Position numbers and translations under genes: made by a program
Shown: piece by piece, positions 19,255 to 29,112 of the stretch
How the letters are laid out: every line of letters begins with the position of its first letter
Numbering within the stretch: the first letter of the stretch is position 1
Source of the DNA: a phage
Direction: 5' to 3' (one strand)
Length of the DNA: 64,000 nt
Assembly: GCA_020381345.1 (NCBI GenBank)
Contig: GCA_020381345.1_3636.1
Notes under the pieces: generated by a model
The model's database searches: none
What the model saw: only the letters and a program-made list of their open reading frames with translations
What the model was told of the DNA's origin: nothing

Positions 19255-22200
19255 TTGGTCGTCATTTCCTCGATAAGAGGGGGTGGAATTAAGGAACTTG
19301 CTGTTCTGTCATACCCAATAGACAACAGTGATGGCACAAGCACTACAGTATCCTATGTAAATAGCTTAGCTATACTTTTTGATGATGGTCAGCTTAATAT
19401 CACGGGCTATAACAGGTTCGGGGAGTGCCGCACTGGGGATCTTGACACGATAAACTATCCCAACGAGGCTGCCTGGAACGTTGATCATGTGTGGAGAGCA
19501 GACCGTGCGTTTGTGATCCGAACTTTTGATAACCAGTTTTTCTACATCGGCTGCACTGCAGGACTTATTGGGTCGGATGCTGCAGGCGGTAATGATGTTT
19601 GTGTAAGAGAGTGGACACCTCTTCCTGAACAGATCGTTAAAGGGTTGCACCTTGACACCCACCCAGAGCGCCTTATTGAGGTGATGGGTGGTATTAACAA
19701 CACGGTCTGGGTTATTGCAGAGGCAGAAGGCACTGGCATACTTAACCTGTATGGGTCTGGTAACAACACCTACGGATCTTTACATGTAGATAAAAATCAG
19801 CATGCAACCCCTGTAAAGATTGGTGAGACATCGGAAAATCCTGAAACAGGCCCTTGGAAAAACCCAAGCATCAACTGTGAGGTGCATGACAACTCTGTTA
19901 TTTTCGGTGGTCCTAGGGGTTTCTGGGTTGCTGGACACGACTTTCTGAGAAATAACAGTAGAAACGACCTTGTTTGGCCTCCTGTGCAGATTACTCGTAA
20001 CGATTTGAGAGGCATTCCTGCAGATGAGGAGTGGAAAGGGTTTATGTGTGGTCCTAACGGGGCAGTAATTGCTACACAGAGGATGCATAGACCCGATGAC
20101 CAGCAGCTTGTTAACGTATTTTATGGTCAAAACATTTGGGGAGATGATACATGGCGGGAACTGAATATCACCTACACCCATGAGGTAATGATGGCTCGTG
20201 GGTACGGCACAAGTGGCATTTTCTTCAATAATGGCACTAAGCAGTACCGTGGGTTCTCTCGCAACTTATGTAATGATATTGGTGCACAATCTGCAAACAA
20301 TAGTCCTAGGGCCGATTTTATCCACTATCAAGCTCTTGCTACAGCTAAATATGTTGAGCAACGCCTGCCAGTCAGCTGGACAGAGAGTGTTTATTTCCAA
20401 GGCATCCACAGAGAAGGTTTCTTAGGGACCTTTACTGTTGTTAATGGTAAACTTTGGTGGTCAGGTATCCCAAGGGGAAGTTTTACAGGCTCTAATAACC
20501 TGTTTGGCGGCAGACTTAATAGTCAGGGGTTCACAGAGGTTCCTGAGAATTGGTATAAAAATGTCCCAGTAGACAGTTGGGGCGTTGATGATATTTTCGA
20601 CGTTAATGGTGTTAGCAGTGTTAGCAATATCTACATTGGTGACACGGTCAAGATGAAATTGAAGCCTCAGCCAGAGGGAGCTACGTTCATCATTGACAAG
20701 ATTGAACTGGTGAATGCTGCAGGTACGGTTGTTACAGATGCAAATTACCAATTCTCCACCAACTGGAACCACGGCGGGGCCAACGAAGTTGTTGTTACCC
20801 AGTATAACAGAAATGTTAACAGACGTGGCCTGTACTCTGTAAAAATAACCTATCATGACAAGCATGGCACAGGCAGAACTCACACGACAAGGACTTTGAA
20901 CTGGAACACCATAGTTCCTGCGTATCCGTCCAACGGCAAGTGGCATACCGTTGGTAGAAACAAGCAGTTCCATGTTAACGATACTGTATACTTTGGGCTG
21001 AATGGGACCCAGCCTGCAGTAGAAGGGGATACATCGTATATGGTCAGACTCCACAGAATGGATGCTGAATCAGTCACTTATGATGTGACCCAAGAGATCT
21101 ACGATCAAAGACGCGCCACGTATGACAATATTGTAAAAACACAAGCCTTGTGGGAGTTCAATCCTAATGGCAAGGGTGGTAAAATGTTGCAGGTTAATGA
21201 GCAGAACGGAACGTCGTTGACTGTTCACGAACACCCAGACCCTTGGCCTGATCCTGGAAAACCTCACCCGGGAGCTCGTACACTGAAAATTGTCAGCCAT
21301 GATGCAGGATATTTCGGAATACGCTGGGAAGCTACAGTAAGATATGTCGACGGGACAACAAACAACATAGGGATTACACTTGGCGGCACTAGTGAAGATA
21401 ACTCGCTGAAAATTGCCTACACGCCCAGAGGTATCTCTATTGATAATATGGATGTTGTTCGCAATGGTTACGGCGATGTGAATGTCAAAGTTACTCTTGG
21501 CGAACATCTTGGTGGGGAAAGGATCATCATGTATGCCTTTGATCATGATCCACGCACCAATGGAACTTATGCAAATCAGGCATGGAGTTACCTGATAAAT
21601 GCACCTGAGCCGAATACTAAAGAGTTCTACTATGGTATGAAGCGAGATGTGTGCAAGAAAACAGGAACACATGACTGGATTGCTATCTGCGTTAAAGATG
21701 AGCGCACAGCTTGGGATGAGCCTGTTAACAGATGGTTCATAGGTATTCCTACCAGAAGTGATAAGTATGTCGCAGAATATATTGTATGCATGGGCGGTAC
21801 CAACCTAAACATGTGTTGGAACGAAGATGTAAACAAATACTCTGATTATGACTATATGAGGGATTACTCTTGTAATTTGTGGTTTAACCAAACTACAGGT
21901 TACCCTCCGCGTCAGGCAAGGGTAAATCCTGCAATCTTTACAGATACGCAGGTTTTCTTGACAAAACAGGCCAACGAGGTTCAGACCTTCAAGAATAACT
22001 ATGACCCTAACAAATGGTTCTATAATTGTTACGGAGCATACTTTTGGGGGCCTGCTGAACTGCCTGACAGCGGTTCTTGCTTCGAGGCTGCAACCTACGG
22101 CAGCGACTATATTATGGGACAGGTCAAGAAGTACAAGATGATCCCAGGGCCTGAAACTTTAGGTAACGCTGTTGACCCATACATAAATTTCGCAGCTTTG

Positions 22201-24858
22201 CATGCGAATATGGATGGTGCAAGGTATCCGTTCGACGTTCCAGTTGCCAATGGGTACAGACGTGTCGTGATGATTATTAAATGCGATCTGATCGGAAAGC
22301 AAGTTCTTGCAGAAAACGGAACATCCACACATCCTTTTGAAGTTGCTCTGCACTACCAGTTTGCAGACTCACCATATGCGGGAGATAAAAGAATCTCCGA
22401 CACAGACTCTAAGCGCTGTAAGAAAGTTTTACTTGGAGCCGGGTGGTGGTGGTACGAGTTTGATTTAACAGATAAGTTCACAGATGATACCAAAACTCTC
22501 ACAGGTATCCGTCTGGACCTTGGTGAGGACATGCACAAAGCTGTTTGTGATGGCACCTACGGTGATCCTACAGTATACTTGAAGTATGTCTCTCTTGAGC
22601 ATCCAGAGGATGCCGTAATCGGTCCTAAACTGAAATTGTTCGGCTCATGGATTGCCGAGGATAGAGTAGGAATGGGTAAGAAAGTGAGAGGATTCCTGAT
22701 AGACGCAGGGACAGAGGACATGCTGGTTAATGCAGTGTGGCCTACGCTAGAAGGCACTGCCTACAACAATGCAGCCAGGTCTATAAATTGGTTCAACATT
22801 CACAGAGCTATGTGGACCACTAACTGCTACTTGTGGAGAGAGCTTAACGATCAGGCCTTTGGCTTTAGTGACGGCAGAAGGATGGCGATCATTTGCTGGA
22901 CAACATTGCAAAGATGTTATGACCATGACTACGAGATTGGCGGTAGAGCATGGAAAGATATCAGAGATAGGGTTATATACAATTTTGCAGACGATAACGG
23001 TGGAGGGGCATATAACTTTGGCACAAGCCGACTTATCCACTTGAACGGATCTTCAGCCTACAAGAAAGAAGGTTACTCTGGGTCCATGATCGAGTGGGGT
23101 CTGGTGAAAGATGCTCGTGTATTGATGGGCCAGCAACTTGCTGCTGCAATAGGGCCTAGTGCAGTGCAGTCTGCTAAACCAGCGTGGTTCGATATCCCAT
23201 TATGGTCCTCTGGAACACCAGGAGCTGCTGCAATCAACCCTACCACTGGGGATCTGGAAATCTCCTGGGAAGACCTGAAGCAGGTCGGTGGCTGGGATAA
23301 GACCGGGTACCAGGTGCAGTGGTGGAGGGCTGACGGATCTTTAGCCGCTGATGAGTTTGTTAAGGACAATTTCTACACCATGTCCTCTGCAAAAGCACAG
23401 GAATTGTTCGGTCAGGCAACTCCGTCAACGATCACCATGTCTATGTGCTGTAAAGACAACAGGACTGGAGCTTTGGGGCCAAGGGTTGCTAAGGTTTTCT
23501 CAGGTATTAAATGGAATCCCTCTGTTCAAAGTGTTTCATGGAAGCAAATAGGTGATAACAAGCTGCTAGTTACCCCAGCCTGTCAGTTCAACGCAACTCT
23601 TAACGTTGATCCTGCTGCTGCGGCAAACTCAGCTAAAGCTTCTGACTTCTCTGTGTCTAACACTGCTATGGCAGATGTGAGGAAGATTGACACGCTGAAC
23701 GCCAGAATTACCTGTAAAAACACTTATGGCACATTCCAGATCATCAACAACTTCACAGATGCTGATTCTAAGGTAGTGAGGACAGCAAGCCAGACTCTGA
23801 GTTTAGGAACTCTGGCCTATGCGGCACTGATCACCGAACAGTCGGCAACACTCCAAGGAGGCGGTGTAGGCAAGTCCATTGCAACACCTGTGTGGAAGCC
23901 GAATGAGTGGGTTGTGTTTGATTTGACTGTGGACTTCTCCAGTGATAATAACTGGACATGGGTAAGGAATTGTTTGTCACAGTTGATGGGCGGTCCAAGC
24001 TCCATTAGCGATAGTCACGACTCTACTGACCCGAGCGTGTTCCAGGTGGGTAAAACTCACCCAGAGACTGGAGAAACGTTGCCTGACAGGAAGTATGCTT
24101 TGGTTTGCATCTCCAACGGCAAGGCAGATGTCACATTCTCAGGCACACACGCTTATAACGGTACATATAACTTCTCAAGGAAGTATAGTCTCAAAGCAGG
24201 GAACATTATAGACGAGGTTGGTGTGCTGTATAATCCGGGAAACGGCATAGGGATTGTTGGTGGTAAACTGCAGATGCAGGAACCTTCTATTACCCCTTCC
24301 AACGTAGCCGGGATTAGAAAGACTTGGGAAAGTAGTAATACCAACATTGCAACAGTGGATGCCACCACAGGGCTGGTAACATTTAAAGCTACTGGGAATG
24401 TCACCATAAAGTTTGTAGTTACAGATGATGCAGGCCGCAAAACGTCTTCAACATCGTTTACTGTCAGACAGATGGCACCTCAGTGGTTTATTTGGGAAGG
24501 AAATCCTCTTGACGGGGCTTACCCTAGACCTGCAGGAACGTCCAATATGAGGGTCTTTACCGGTCCGGTCATGGACAATCCGACCACAACCACCAACCCT
24601 ACATTTTTTGGTGCTTACATACCTGAAATTATTGGCCTACCAAGGAACCAGATACAACTGCTTTTCGGAGCAGGTGTTGATGGTCTAGCCACCTTTGGGT
24701 ACAGTGACAACATCGATGCAGCCAGAAGCTCGGGCTGGATTGGATTTAAGTTCCAGTGGAACCCTGGTGGTAGAACATTAGGTCTTGCAAGTATAGGTAT
24801 TATGCTACCTGGTAACCAGCAATACCATCTCGAAGCTTATACAAACTTCCCTAGTTAA
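19255..24858 (+). CDS. giant virion-associated protein (1867 aa) with Big_2-like Ig domain; start codon uncertain
   Basis: Long uninterrupted ORF; C-terminal segment SSNTNIATVDATTGLVTFKATGNVTIKFVVTD resembles bacterial Ig-like group 2 domains; TTG start without RBS, while a well-placed ATG (19230) is in another frame; bidirectional terminator follows. Confidence 0.5.
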   Translation: MVVISSIRGGGIKELAVLSYPIDNSDGTSTTVSYVNSLAILFDDGQLNITGYNRFGECRTGDLDTINYPNEAAWNVDHVWRADRAFVIRTFDNQFFYIGCTAGLIGSDAAGGNDVCVREWTPLPEQIVKGLHLDTHPERLIEVMGGINNTVWVIAEAEGTGILNLYGSGNNTYGSLHVDKNQHATPVKIGETSENPETGPWKNPSINCEVHDNSVIFGGPRGFWVAGHDFLRNNSRNDLVWPPVQITRNDLRGIPADEEWKGFMCGPNGAVIATQRMHRPDDQQLVNVFYGQNIWGDDTWRELNITYTHEVMMARGYGTSGIFFNNGTKQYRGFSRNLCNDIGAQSANNSPRADFIHYQALATAKYVEQRLPVSWTESVYFQGIHREGFLGTFTVVNGKLWWSGIPRGSFTGSNNLFGGRLNSQGFTEVPENWYKNVPVDSWGVDDIFDVNGVSSVSNIYIGDTVKMKLKPQPEGATFIIDKIELVNAAGTVVTDANYQFSTNWNHGGANEVVVTQYNRNVNRRGLYSVKITYHDKHGTGRTHTTRTLNWNTIVPAYPSNGKWHTVGRNKQFHVNDTVYFGLNGTQPAVEGDTSYMVRLHRMDAESVTYDVTQEIYDQRRATYDNIVKTQALWEFNPNGKGGKMLQVNEQNGTSLTVHEHPDPWPDPGKPHPGARTLKIVSHDAGYFGIRWEATVRYVDGTTNNIGITLGGTSEDNSLKIAYTPRGISIDNMDVVRNGYGDVNVKVTLGEHLGGERIIMYAFDHDPRTNGTYANQAWSYLINAPEPNTKEFYYGMKRDVCKKTGTHDWIAICVKDERTAWDEPVNRWFIGIPTRSDKYVAEYIVCMGGTNLNMCWNEDVNKYSDYDYMRDYSCNLWFNQTTGYPPRQARVNPAIFTDTQVFLTKQANEVQTFKNNYDPNKWFYNCYGAYFWGPAELPDSGSCFEAATYGSDYIMGQVKKYKMIPGPETLGNAVDPYINFAALHANMDGARYPFDVPVANGYRRVVMIIKCDLIGKQVLAENGTSTHPFEVALHYQFADSPYAGDKRISDTDSKRCKKVLLGAGWWWYEFDLTDKFTDDTKTLTGIRLDLGEDMHKAVCDGTYGDPTVYLKYVSLEHPEDAVIGPKLKLFGSWIAEDRVGMGKKVRGFLIDAGTEDMLVNAVWPTLEGTAYNNAARSINWFNIHRAMWTTNCYLWRELNDQAFGFSDGRRMAIICWTTLQRCYDHDYEIGGRAWKDIRDRVIYNFADDNGGGAYNFGTSRLIHLNGSSAYKKEGYSGSMIEWGLVKDARVLMGQQLAAAIGPSAVQSAKPAWFDIPLWSSGTPGAAAINPTTGDLEISWEDLKQVGGWDKTGYQVQWWRADGSLAADEFVKDNFYTMSSAKAQELFGQATPSTITMSMCCKDNRTGALGPRVAKVFSGIKWNPSVQSVSWKQIGDNKLLVTPACQFNATLNVDPAAAANSAKASDFSVSNTAMADVRKIDTLNARITCKNTYGTFQIINNFTDADSKVVRTASQTLSLGTLAYAALITEQSATLQGGGVGKSIATPVWKPNEWVVFDLTVDFSSDNNWTWVRNCLSQLMGGPSSISDSHDSTDPSVFQVGKTHPETGETLPDRKYALVCISNGKADVTFSGTHAYNGTYNFSRKYSLKAGNIIDEVGVLYNPGNGIGIVGGKLQMQEPSITPSNVAGIRKTWESSNTNIATVDATTGLVTFKATGNVTIKFVVTDDAGRKTSSTSFTVRQMAPQWFIWEGNPLDGAYPRPAGTSNMRVFTGPVMDNPTTTTNPTFFGAYIPEIIGLPRNQIQLLFGAGVDGLATFGYSDNIDAARSSGWIGFKFQWNPGGRTLGLASIGIMLPGNQQYHLEAYTNFPS

Positions 24859-24870
24859 CAGGAGGCAAAT

Positions 24871-24900
24871 AAAAAAGGGGCCGTTTGGCCCCTTTCTTTT
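24871..24900. terminator. bidirectional rho-independent terminator between convergent operons
   Basis: AAAAAA GGGGCC GTTT GGCCCC TTTCTTTTT. Confidence 0.65.
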
Positions 24901-24905
24901 TATAG

Positions 24906-25106
24906 TTAGTAATACTCCCAACATGCCCCATCTTCAGACGGCTTGACGCGCTTACCTTTATGGTCAACATAGGTATAGCCACAACCTTCACAAATAACAG
25001 GTGCTGCATAGCCTTCCTTCCACTGATCCTCAGTGATCAGACCTTCCAAATCTTTGCAGTCAAAGCCAAACAACTCTTCAGAGCAATCTTTACAAAAATC
25101 AGCCAT
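24906..25106 (-). CDS. small zinc-ribbon protein
   Basis: 66 aa with CxxC...CxxC (CKDCSEE...CEGCGYTY). Confidence 0.4.
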   Translation of the reverse strand: MADFCKDCSEELFGFDCKDLEGLITEDQWKEGYAAPVICEGCGYTYVDHKGKRVKPSEDGACWEYY

Positions 25107-25109
25107 TTC

Positions 25110-25517
25110 TCAGTCCTCGCATTTAACAAATTTTTCTACAGATCCACCAAGCACAGCTTGTTGTTTGATGGCACTTTCTTCATCATAGTGAATAGACTTA
25201 TGTTCCGTACCTCCAAACTTACCTGTGTGGAAGGTGTGCACCCAAATCTCTTTAGGAAGGGATTTATTCTCTTCTTCCACCAACTCCCACATTCCCCATA
25301 AGTGATCTGTGATATCTCTGATGAAATATCCCTCGCCTAGGTTTGTATTCACACTATAAGCTGATTCGTGATCTCCACAAATATAACGGAAGGCTGTGTA
25401 CTCTTTACCTGGTGTGAAGTGGGTATCCATTAGTATAGCTGTTAAAGAATAAGGGTCTCGAAAGCCCAAGAACTTTAGTTTAACAATTTCGACATTCACA
25501 CTTGCAAGATTCTCCAT
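25110..25517 (-). CDS. hypothetical protein
   Basis: 135 aa ORF in leftward operon. Confidence 0.4.
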   Translation of the reverse strand: MENLASVNVEIVKLKFLGFRDPYSLTAILMDTHFTPGKEYTAFRYICGDHESAYSVNTNLGEGYFIRDITDHLWGMWELVEEENKSLPKEIWVHTFHTGKFGGTEHKSIHYDEESAIKQQAVLGGSVEKFVKCED

Positions 25518-25680
25518 GGCAGTCTCCTCTGTTTGGTTGGTGAGATAATCCTATACAAATCTGTTGTTGGTGTCAAGATTAATTTTAAGAGATCTGAGAG
25601 GGTATTTTATTCAGGAAGGCAATCGCACAGGGTGGGGCAATTTATGAAGGCACAGGCCTCGTTTGAGGCCTTAAATTCTA

Positions 25681-26061
25681 TTATGACACTTTGACATAGC
25701 GCTCTGACAAAGCTGGGAAGCCAAAAGTAGTGCCTATACTACCATAGGCTATCCACCATTGAAGTTCATCGTGACACCATTTTCCGATCAGGAAGGTGCT
25801 GGGATAGCGGGTCAGTATTTTGGCATAAGCTTTAGGATCTGCATCTTCTGGGATAATGATGCTTGGAACATCTTTGTTATGACCACAGCAGCAGTTTAGC
25901 GTTTTCAAACCTGCTGCCCACAAACTCATGATAGGCTTAGCCATACACTTATCAAGGCACACACGTTTTTTGCCGTCACGGAGCTTTTTAGGCACATCAA
26001 CGATAACATTTTGATGCTTGGCACCTTTCACTTTCCAATTATAGGATTTACACTTGCACAT
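25681..26061 (-). CDS. Cys-rich hypothetical protein
   Basis: 126 aa; multiple Cys incl. NCCCGHN. Confidence 0.4.
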   Translation of the reverse strand: MCKCKSYNWKVKGAKHQNVIVDVPKKLRDGKKRVCLDKCMAKPIMSLWAAGLKTLNCCCGHNKDVPSIIIPEDADPKAYAKILTRYPSTFLIGKWCHDELQWWIAYGSIGTTFGFPALSERYVKVS

Positions 26062-26091
26062 TTAGTCAGTCTCCATCTAGAAAGCTATACT

Positions 26092-26298
26092 TTACTTAAA
26101 GTCTTTATCACCTGCCACGATTGCATGAATCCACTCATTGTGATGCTCAATAGCGGTGAGATGTAACATGATGTAGTGATCGTCATTGCCAAACATGATA
26201 TGATAGGCTTTGGCAGCATTTTGATATAACTTCCACATCAGGTAATGATATCTTCGCCTCATGGCCTTACTCCGGTTCAGGATCTGGGTAATCTTCAA
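26092..26298 (-). CDS. hypothetical protein
   Basis: 68 aa ORF in operon. Confidence 0.3.
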   Translation of the reverse strand: MKITQILNRSKAMRRRYHYLMWKLYQNAAKAYHIMFGNDDHYIMLHLTAIEHHNEWIHAIVAGDKDFK

Positions 26299-26737
26299 TA
26301 ATAAAGGGCCATCCGTTCCGCTTAGCCGCAGACTTATACTCGATCTCCTTCATTGCAAACTCTAACTGATTCTTAGCCGGAATACATGCCGGAGAATCAT
26401 CAATCCAGATATCTGGGTAGATATCAAACTGCGCCAGATAGGCTGCCTTCTGGACACCACCAGTATAAAACACACCAACATCGAGATCCTTACGCCAATA
26501 CTCAATGTCTACATTATCTTGAGTAATGAATCGGAAAGTCACAAGGTATACTGTCCACCCTTCCTTTTTCAAGTCCCTAATCAGGCGGGAGAAGATGAAA
26601 GGACTCGCATTAAATGTTCCATCAAAGTCAATGGCAATGATGTGTGTGCCGTGGCGTGTCTCATATGGATTGCTTGTGGTAAGATTGCTGTAGTTAAAAG
26701 GGACCTCTTCCCCGCAGTAGCTGTAGTCCATATTCAC
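26267..26737 (-). CDS. HAD-superfamily phosphatase-like protein
   Basis: Motif IIAIDFDGTF (DxDGT, HAD motif I) near N-terminus. Confidence 0.5.
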   Translation of the reverse strand: MNMDYSYCGEEVPFNYSNLTTSNPYETRHGTHIIAIDFDGTFNASPFIFSRLIRDLKKEGWTVYLVTFRFITQDNVDIEYWRKDLDVGVFYTGGVQKAAYLAQFDIYPDIWIDDSPACIPAKNQLEFAMKEIEYKSAAKRNGWPFIIEDYPDPEPE

Positions 26738-27009
26738 ACCTTCTCGTTGATAAATTTACGGGCGGTTTGGTGAGTTGTTTCTGCTGTCTTCAGAATGATA
26801 TTAATTTTATCGTCAAGATCATTCATCTCAGCAGTTAATTCAGGAATCTCTCCGGCATGCATGGTGAAATCATACATAGACATACCCAGGATCTCATTGA
26901 TTCGGCGGTTGCATTCTGCAGCACGCTGGTTCATTTTCCAAGCCAACACCAGAGCCTCTTGCGTAGCCTCCAGTGCAAAGTCTAATACGTCAGCTTCTTC
27001 TTTCGTCAT
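26734..27009 (-). CDS. hypothetical coiled-coil protein
   Basis: 91 aa ORF. Confidence 0.35.
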   Translation of the reverse strand: MTKEEADVLDFALEATQEALVLAWKMNQRAAECNRRINEILGMSMYDFTMHAGEIPELTAEMNDLDDKINIILKTAETTHQTARKFINEKV

Positions 27010-27064
27010 CTCAGTCTCTCTTGTTGTATTGTTAGTAGGTGCATGAACACCTTATATCTCACTT

Positions 27065-27631
27065 TTATTCAAACTGCAATAGCAAGTCCACCACCGCGCT
27101 AGGTCTGTCAACAAATTCCCCAGGTCCACATGCCCACAGAGGGTATCCGTCCACATACCGCCAAATCCAACCTGCAGTGTGGAGTTCGAGCAGGGCAGCA
27201 CCGTCCTTACTGTCAACCACTCTTTCCCACAGTGTTGGGCAGCGAAGCTTGAGAATCGGATCACCTCCCTTATACCCGTCCATGTAGATACCCATTGCAA
27301 AGTTCAGCATCATCTTTTTGTGCACTGATCTCTTACTGAGGGTGCTCATCACTTCCTCTTTGTGAATGTTTGTAAGCTTCTCTTTGGCTACCCGCAGATC
27401 GTTGCAACCATTGTTCAGCAGATCTTCCAGACACTTGATCCGAAGGTCGTGAATGTCTTTGTCGTGTACCGTTGGCACAGGGTCGTAGCGGTATAGCACT
27501 GTTGATACAAGGTTGCTCGGGTGTGGGTCTGACAGCAACCCATAACCCCAATACTCTTCTGTATCTGAAAGGACAAGACACCCAATGTCTCTGTCAAGCT
27601 TTCCTGTGTTGTAAGCCACATTGACCGCCAT
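27065..27631 (-). CDS. hypothetical protein
   Basis: 188 aa ORF. Confidence 0.4.
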   Translation of the reverse strand: MAVNVAYNTGKLDRDIGCLVLSDTEEYWGYGLLSDPHPSNLVSTVLYRYDPVPTVHDKDIHDLRIKCLEDLLNNGCNDLRVAKEKLTNIHKEEVMSTLSKRSVHKKMMLNFAMGIYMDGYKGGDPILKLRCPTLWERVVDSKDGAALLELHTAGWIWRYVDGYPLWACGPGEFVDRPSAVVDLLLQFE

Positions 27632-27633
27632 GA

Positions 27634-27879
27634 CTATAGCTCCACTAGCAAAGTGCTTTCAAAGTGCCGTTCATGCAGACCGTTGTAAGGGACCACTTCC
27701 ACAACGCCATCACGGACATATGGGGCCATCATGGTGGTATAATCTCCAAACGGGTTGGTATTGTCACTAACCACAACCACCTTCTGCCCTTCCTTGGCAG
27801 AGTGCCAAATAGATCTGCACTTCATCAGGTGTTCGAGAGCTCCAGGTAAAATTTTGTTACGTTCTTTACGGGTCTTCAT
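27634..27879 (-). CDS. hypothetical protein
   Basis: 81 aa ORF, coupled. Confidence 0.35.
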   Translation of the reverse strand: MKTRKERNKILPGALEHLMKCRSIWHSAKEGQKVVVVSDNTNPFGDYTTMMAPYVRDGVVEVVPYNGLHERHFESTLLVEL

Positions 27880-28325
27880 AACAGATATAGCTCCTTATGA
27901 AAGTGGTCTTTTAATTTCTCACTGAGAAACTTCTTGATACCTTCCTCTAAAGTGTTTTCGATGTAGTCCAGCTTAACTGCTTCGATGGACATATCATAGA
28001 TCGCCAGCTCTAAGCTGTCAAGTCCCATCATAGCATGAACCATAAGATTTTCATCTTCAGATACATTCAGGGGACTTCCTATAACATCTGTAGGTAGGAT
28101 AGTTTCCCAATTATTCTGGGGGGTAGTTCTCCCACCATCCACTTTACGGCGCAGTTCGAAGGTGTTCTTAGTGTAGAACACTTCATAAGAAACGATACGA
28201 CTATCGCTCTCATAATAAACGAAGTTCAGGTAGGAGCCTAGCCGCAGTCGGCAAACTTCTACCCCAAACCATTGTTTCTTATAAGAATTCAGGCTAATGC
28301 TGTCGCATTCACGCTTGCTCAACAC
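27876..28325 (-). CDS. hypothetical protein
   Basis: 149 aa ORF. Confidence 0.4.
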   Translation of the reverse strand: MLSKRECDSISLNSYKKQWFGVEVCRLRLGSYLNFVYYESDSRIVSYEVFYTKNTFELRRKVDGGRTTPQNNWETILPTDVIGSPLNVSEDENLMVHAMMGLDSLELAIYDMSIEAVKLDYIENTLEEGIKKFLSEKLKDHFHKELYLL

Positions 28326-28341
28326 GGCTATCTCCTTTTTG

Positions 28342-28575
28342 TTAATCTTCGTAAATCAAGATTTCTGCTTTAGGTTTTCGTGCTTTCAAGTCCAGCTCTA
28401 TCCAGTGCACCATAGCTGTTTCAAGAAAAACAGCTTGGATGCATCCGTCCTCAGCGTGCCCCACCAACATAACAAGATCTTCACCTTCGTCATCTGCATC
28501 ACGAACATACAGAATCTCTCCAGATTCAAAGTCTTTCACAACCTGATTGCTGGATAATTTACGAATTTTTGCCAT
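28342..28575 (-). CDS. small hypothetical protein (possible member of a 3-gene paralog set)
   Basis: 77 aa; similar size and composition to the next two genes. Confidence 0.35.
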   Translation of the reverse strand: MAKIRKLSSNQVVKDFESGEILYVRDADDEGEDLVMLVGHAEDGCIQAVFLETAMVHWIELDLKARKPKAEILIYED

Positions 28576-28576
28576 A

Positions 28577-28840
28577 TCAGAAACCCTCTAAAAAGCTCTT
28601 GTAGAAAATAATTTCAGTGTCCACACCTGTCACGATCTTATCGTTTCGGATCTCATCTGTGAGGTAGGTATCGAAACGTAGTACTTGTGTGGTATTGTTA
28701 CACATCCACTCAGCTGTGACCATTGCGAAAATCTTAGCATCTTCATTATCTGGTGTGAATGTTACCACCTCGCCGCACTTAAACTTTTCGATAGGTTGAG
28801 TGTTAGCTTTCGGTTCTGCGATAGTGATTTTCGTGGTCAT
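28577..28840 (-). CDS. small hypothetical protein
   Basis: 87 aa. Confidence 0.35.
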   Translation of the reverse strand: MTTKITIAEPKANTQPIEKFKCGEVVTFTPDNEDAKIFAMVTAEWMCNNTTQVLRFDTYLTDEIRNDKIVTGVDTEIIFYKSFLEGF

Positions 28841-29106
28841 TACTCTTCCTCCATAGTTTCACCAAATACTTCGATACGAGCATCGAGCTCGGTTGCTTTC
28901 AGCTCCCCAACAAAATCTTTTAGTTCTTTCTCGTCCAGATCGTAAGCCCACACACAAGAAGAACATGCAGATTTCACAATCAGCAGCGTAGATACACGGC
29001 CTGACTCTGTGATCATGCTCACAATGGTTCCAACAGGGAACGTGTTGATAGCTTTTTTAACTGGTCGTTCAGCTTTGATTACTACCTCTGTTGCCATAAA
29101 TAACAT
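28840..29106 (-). CDS. small hypothetical protein
   Basis: 88 aa. Confidence 0.35.
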   Translation of the reverse strand: MLFMATEVVIKAERPVKKAINTFPVGTIVSMITESGRVSTLLIVKSACSSCVWAYDLDEKELKDFVGELKATELDARIEVFGETMEEE

Positions 29107-29112
29107 CCTCTC

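Noticed and set aside
25681-26061. HNH endonuclease or M15 peptidase assignment for the Cys-rich 126-aa protein
   Set aside because: Cys clusters present but no clear HNH or HxxxxxxD/H zinc-peptidase motif; left as hypothetical.
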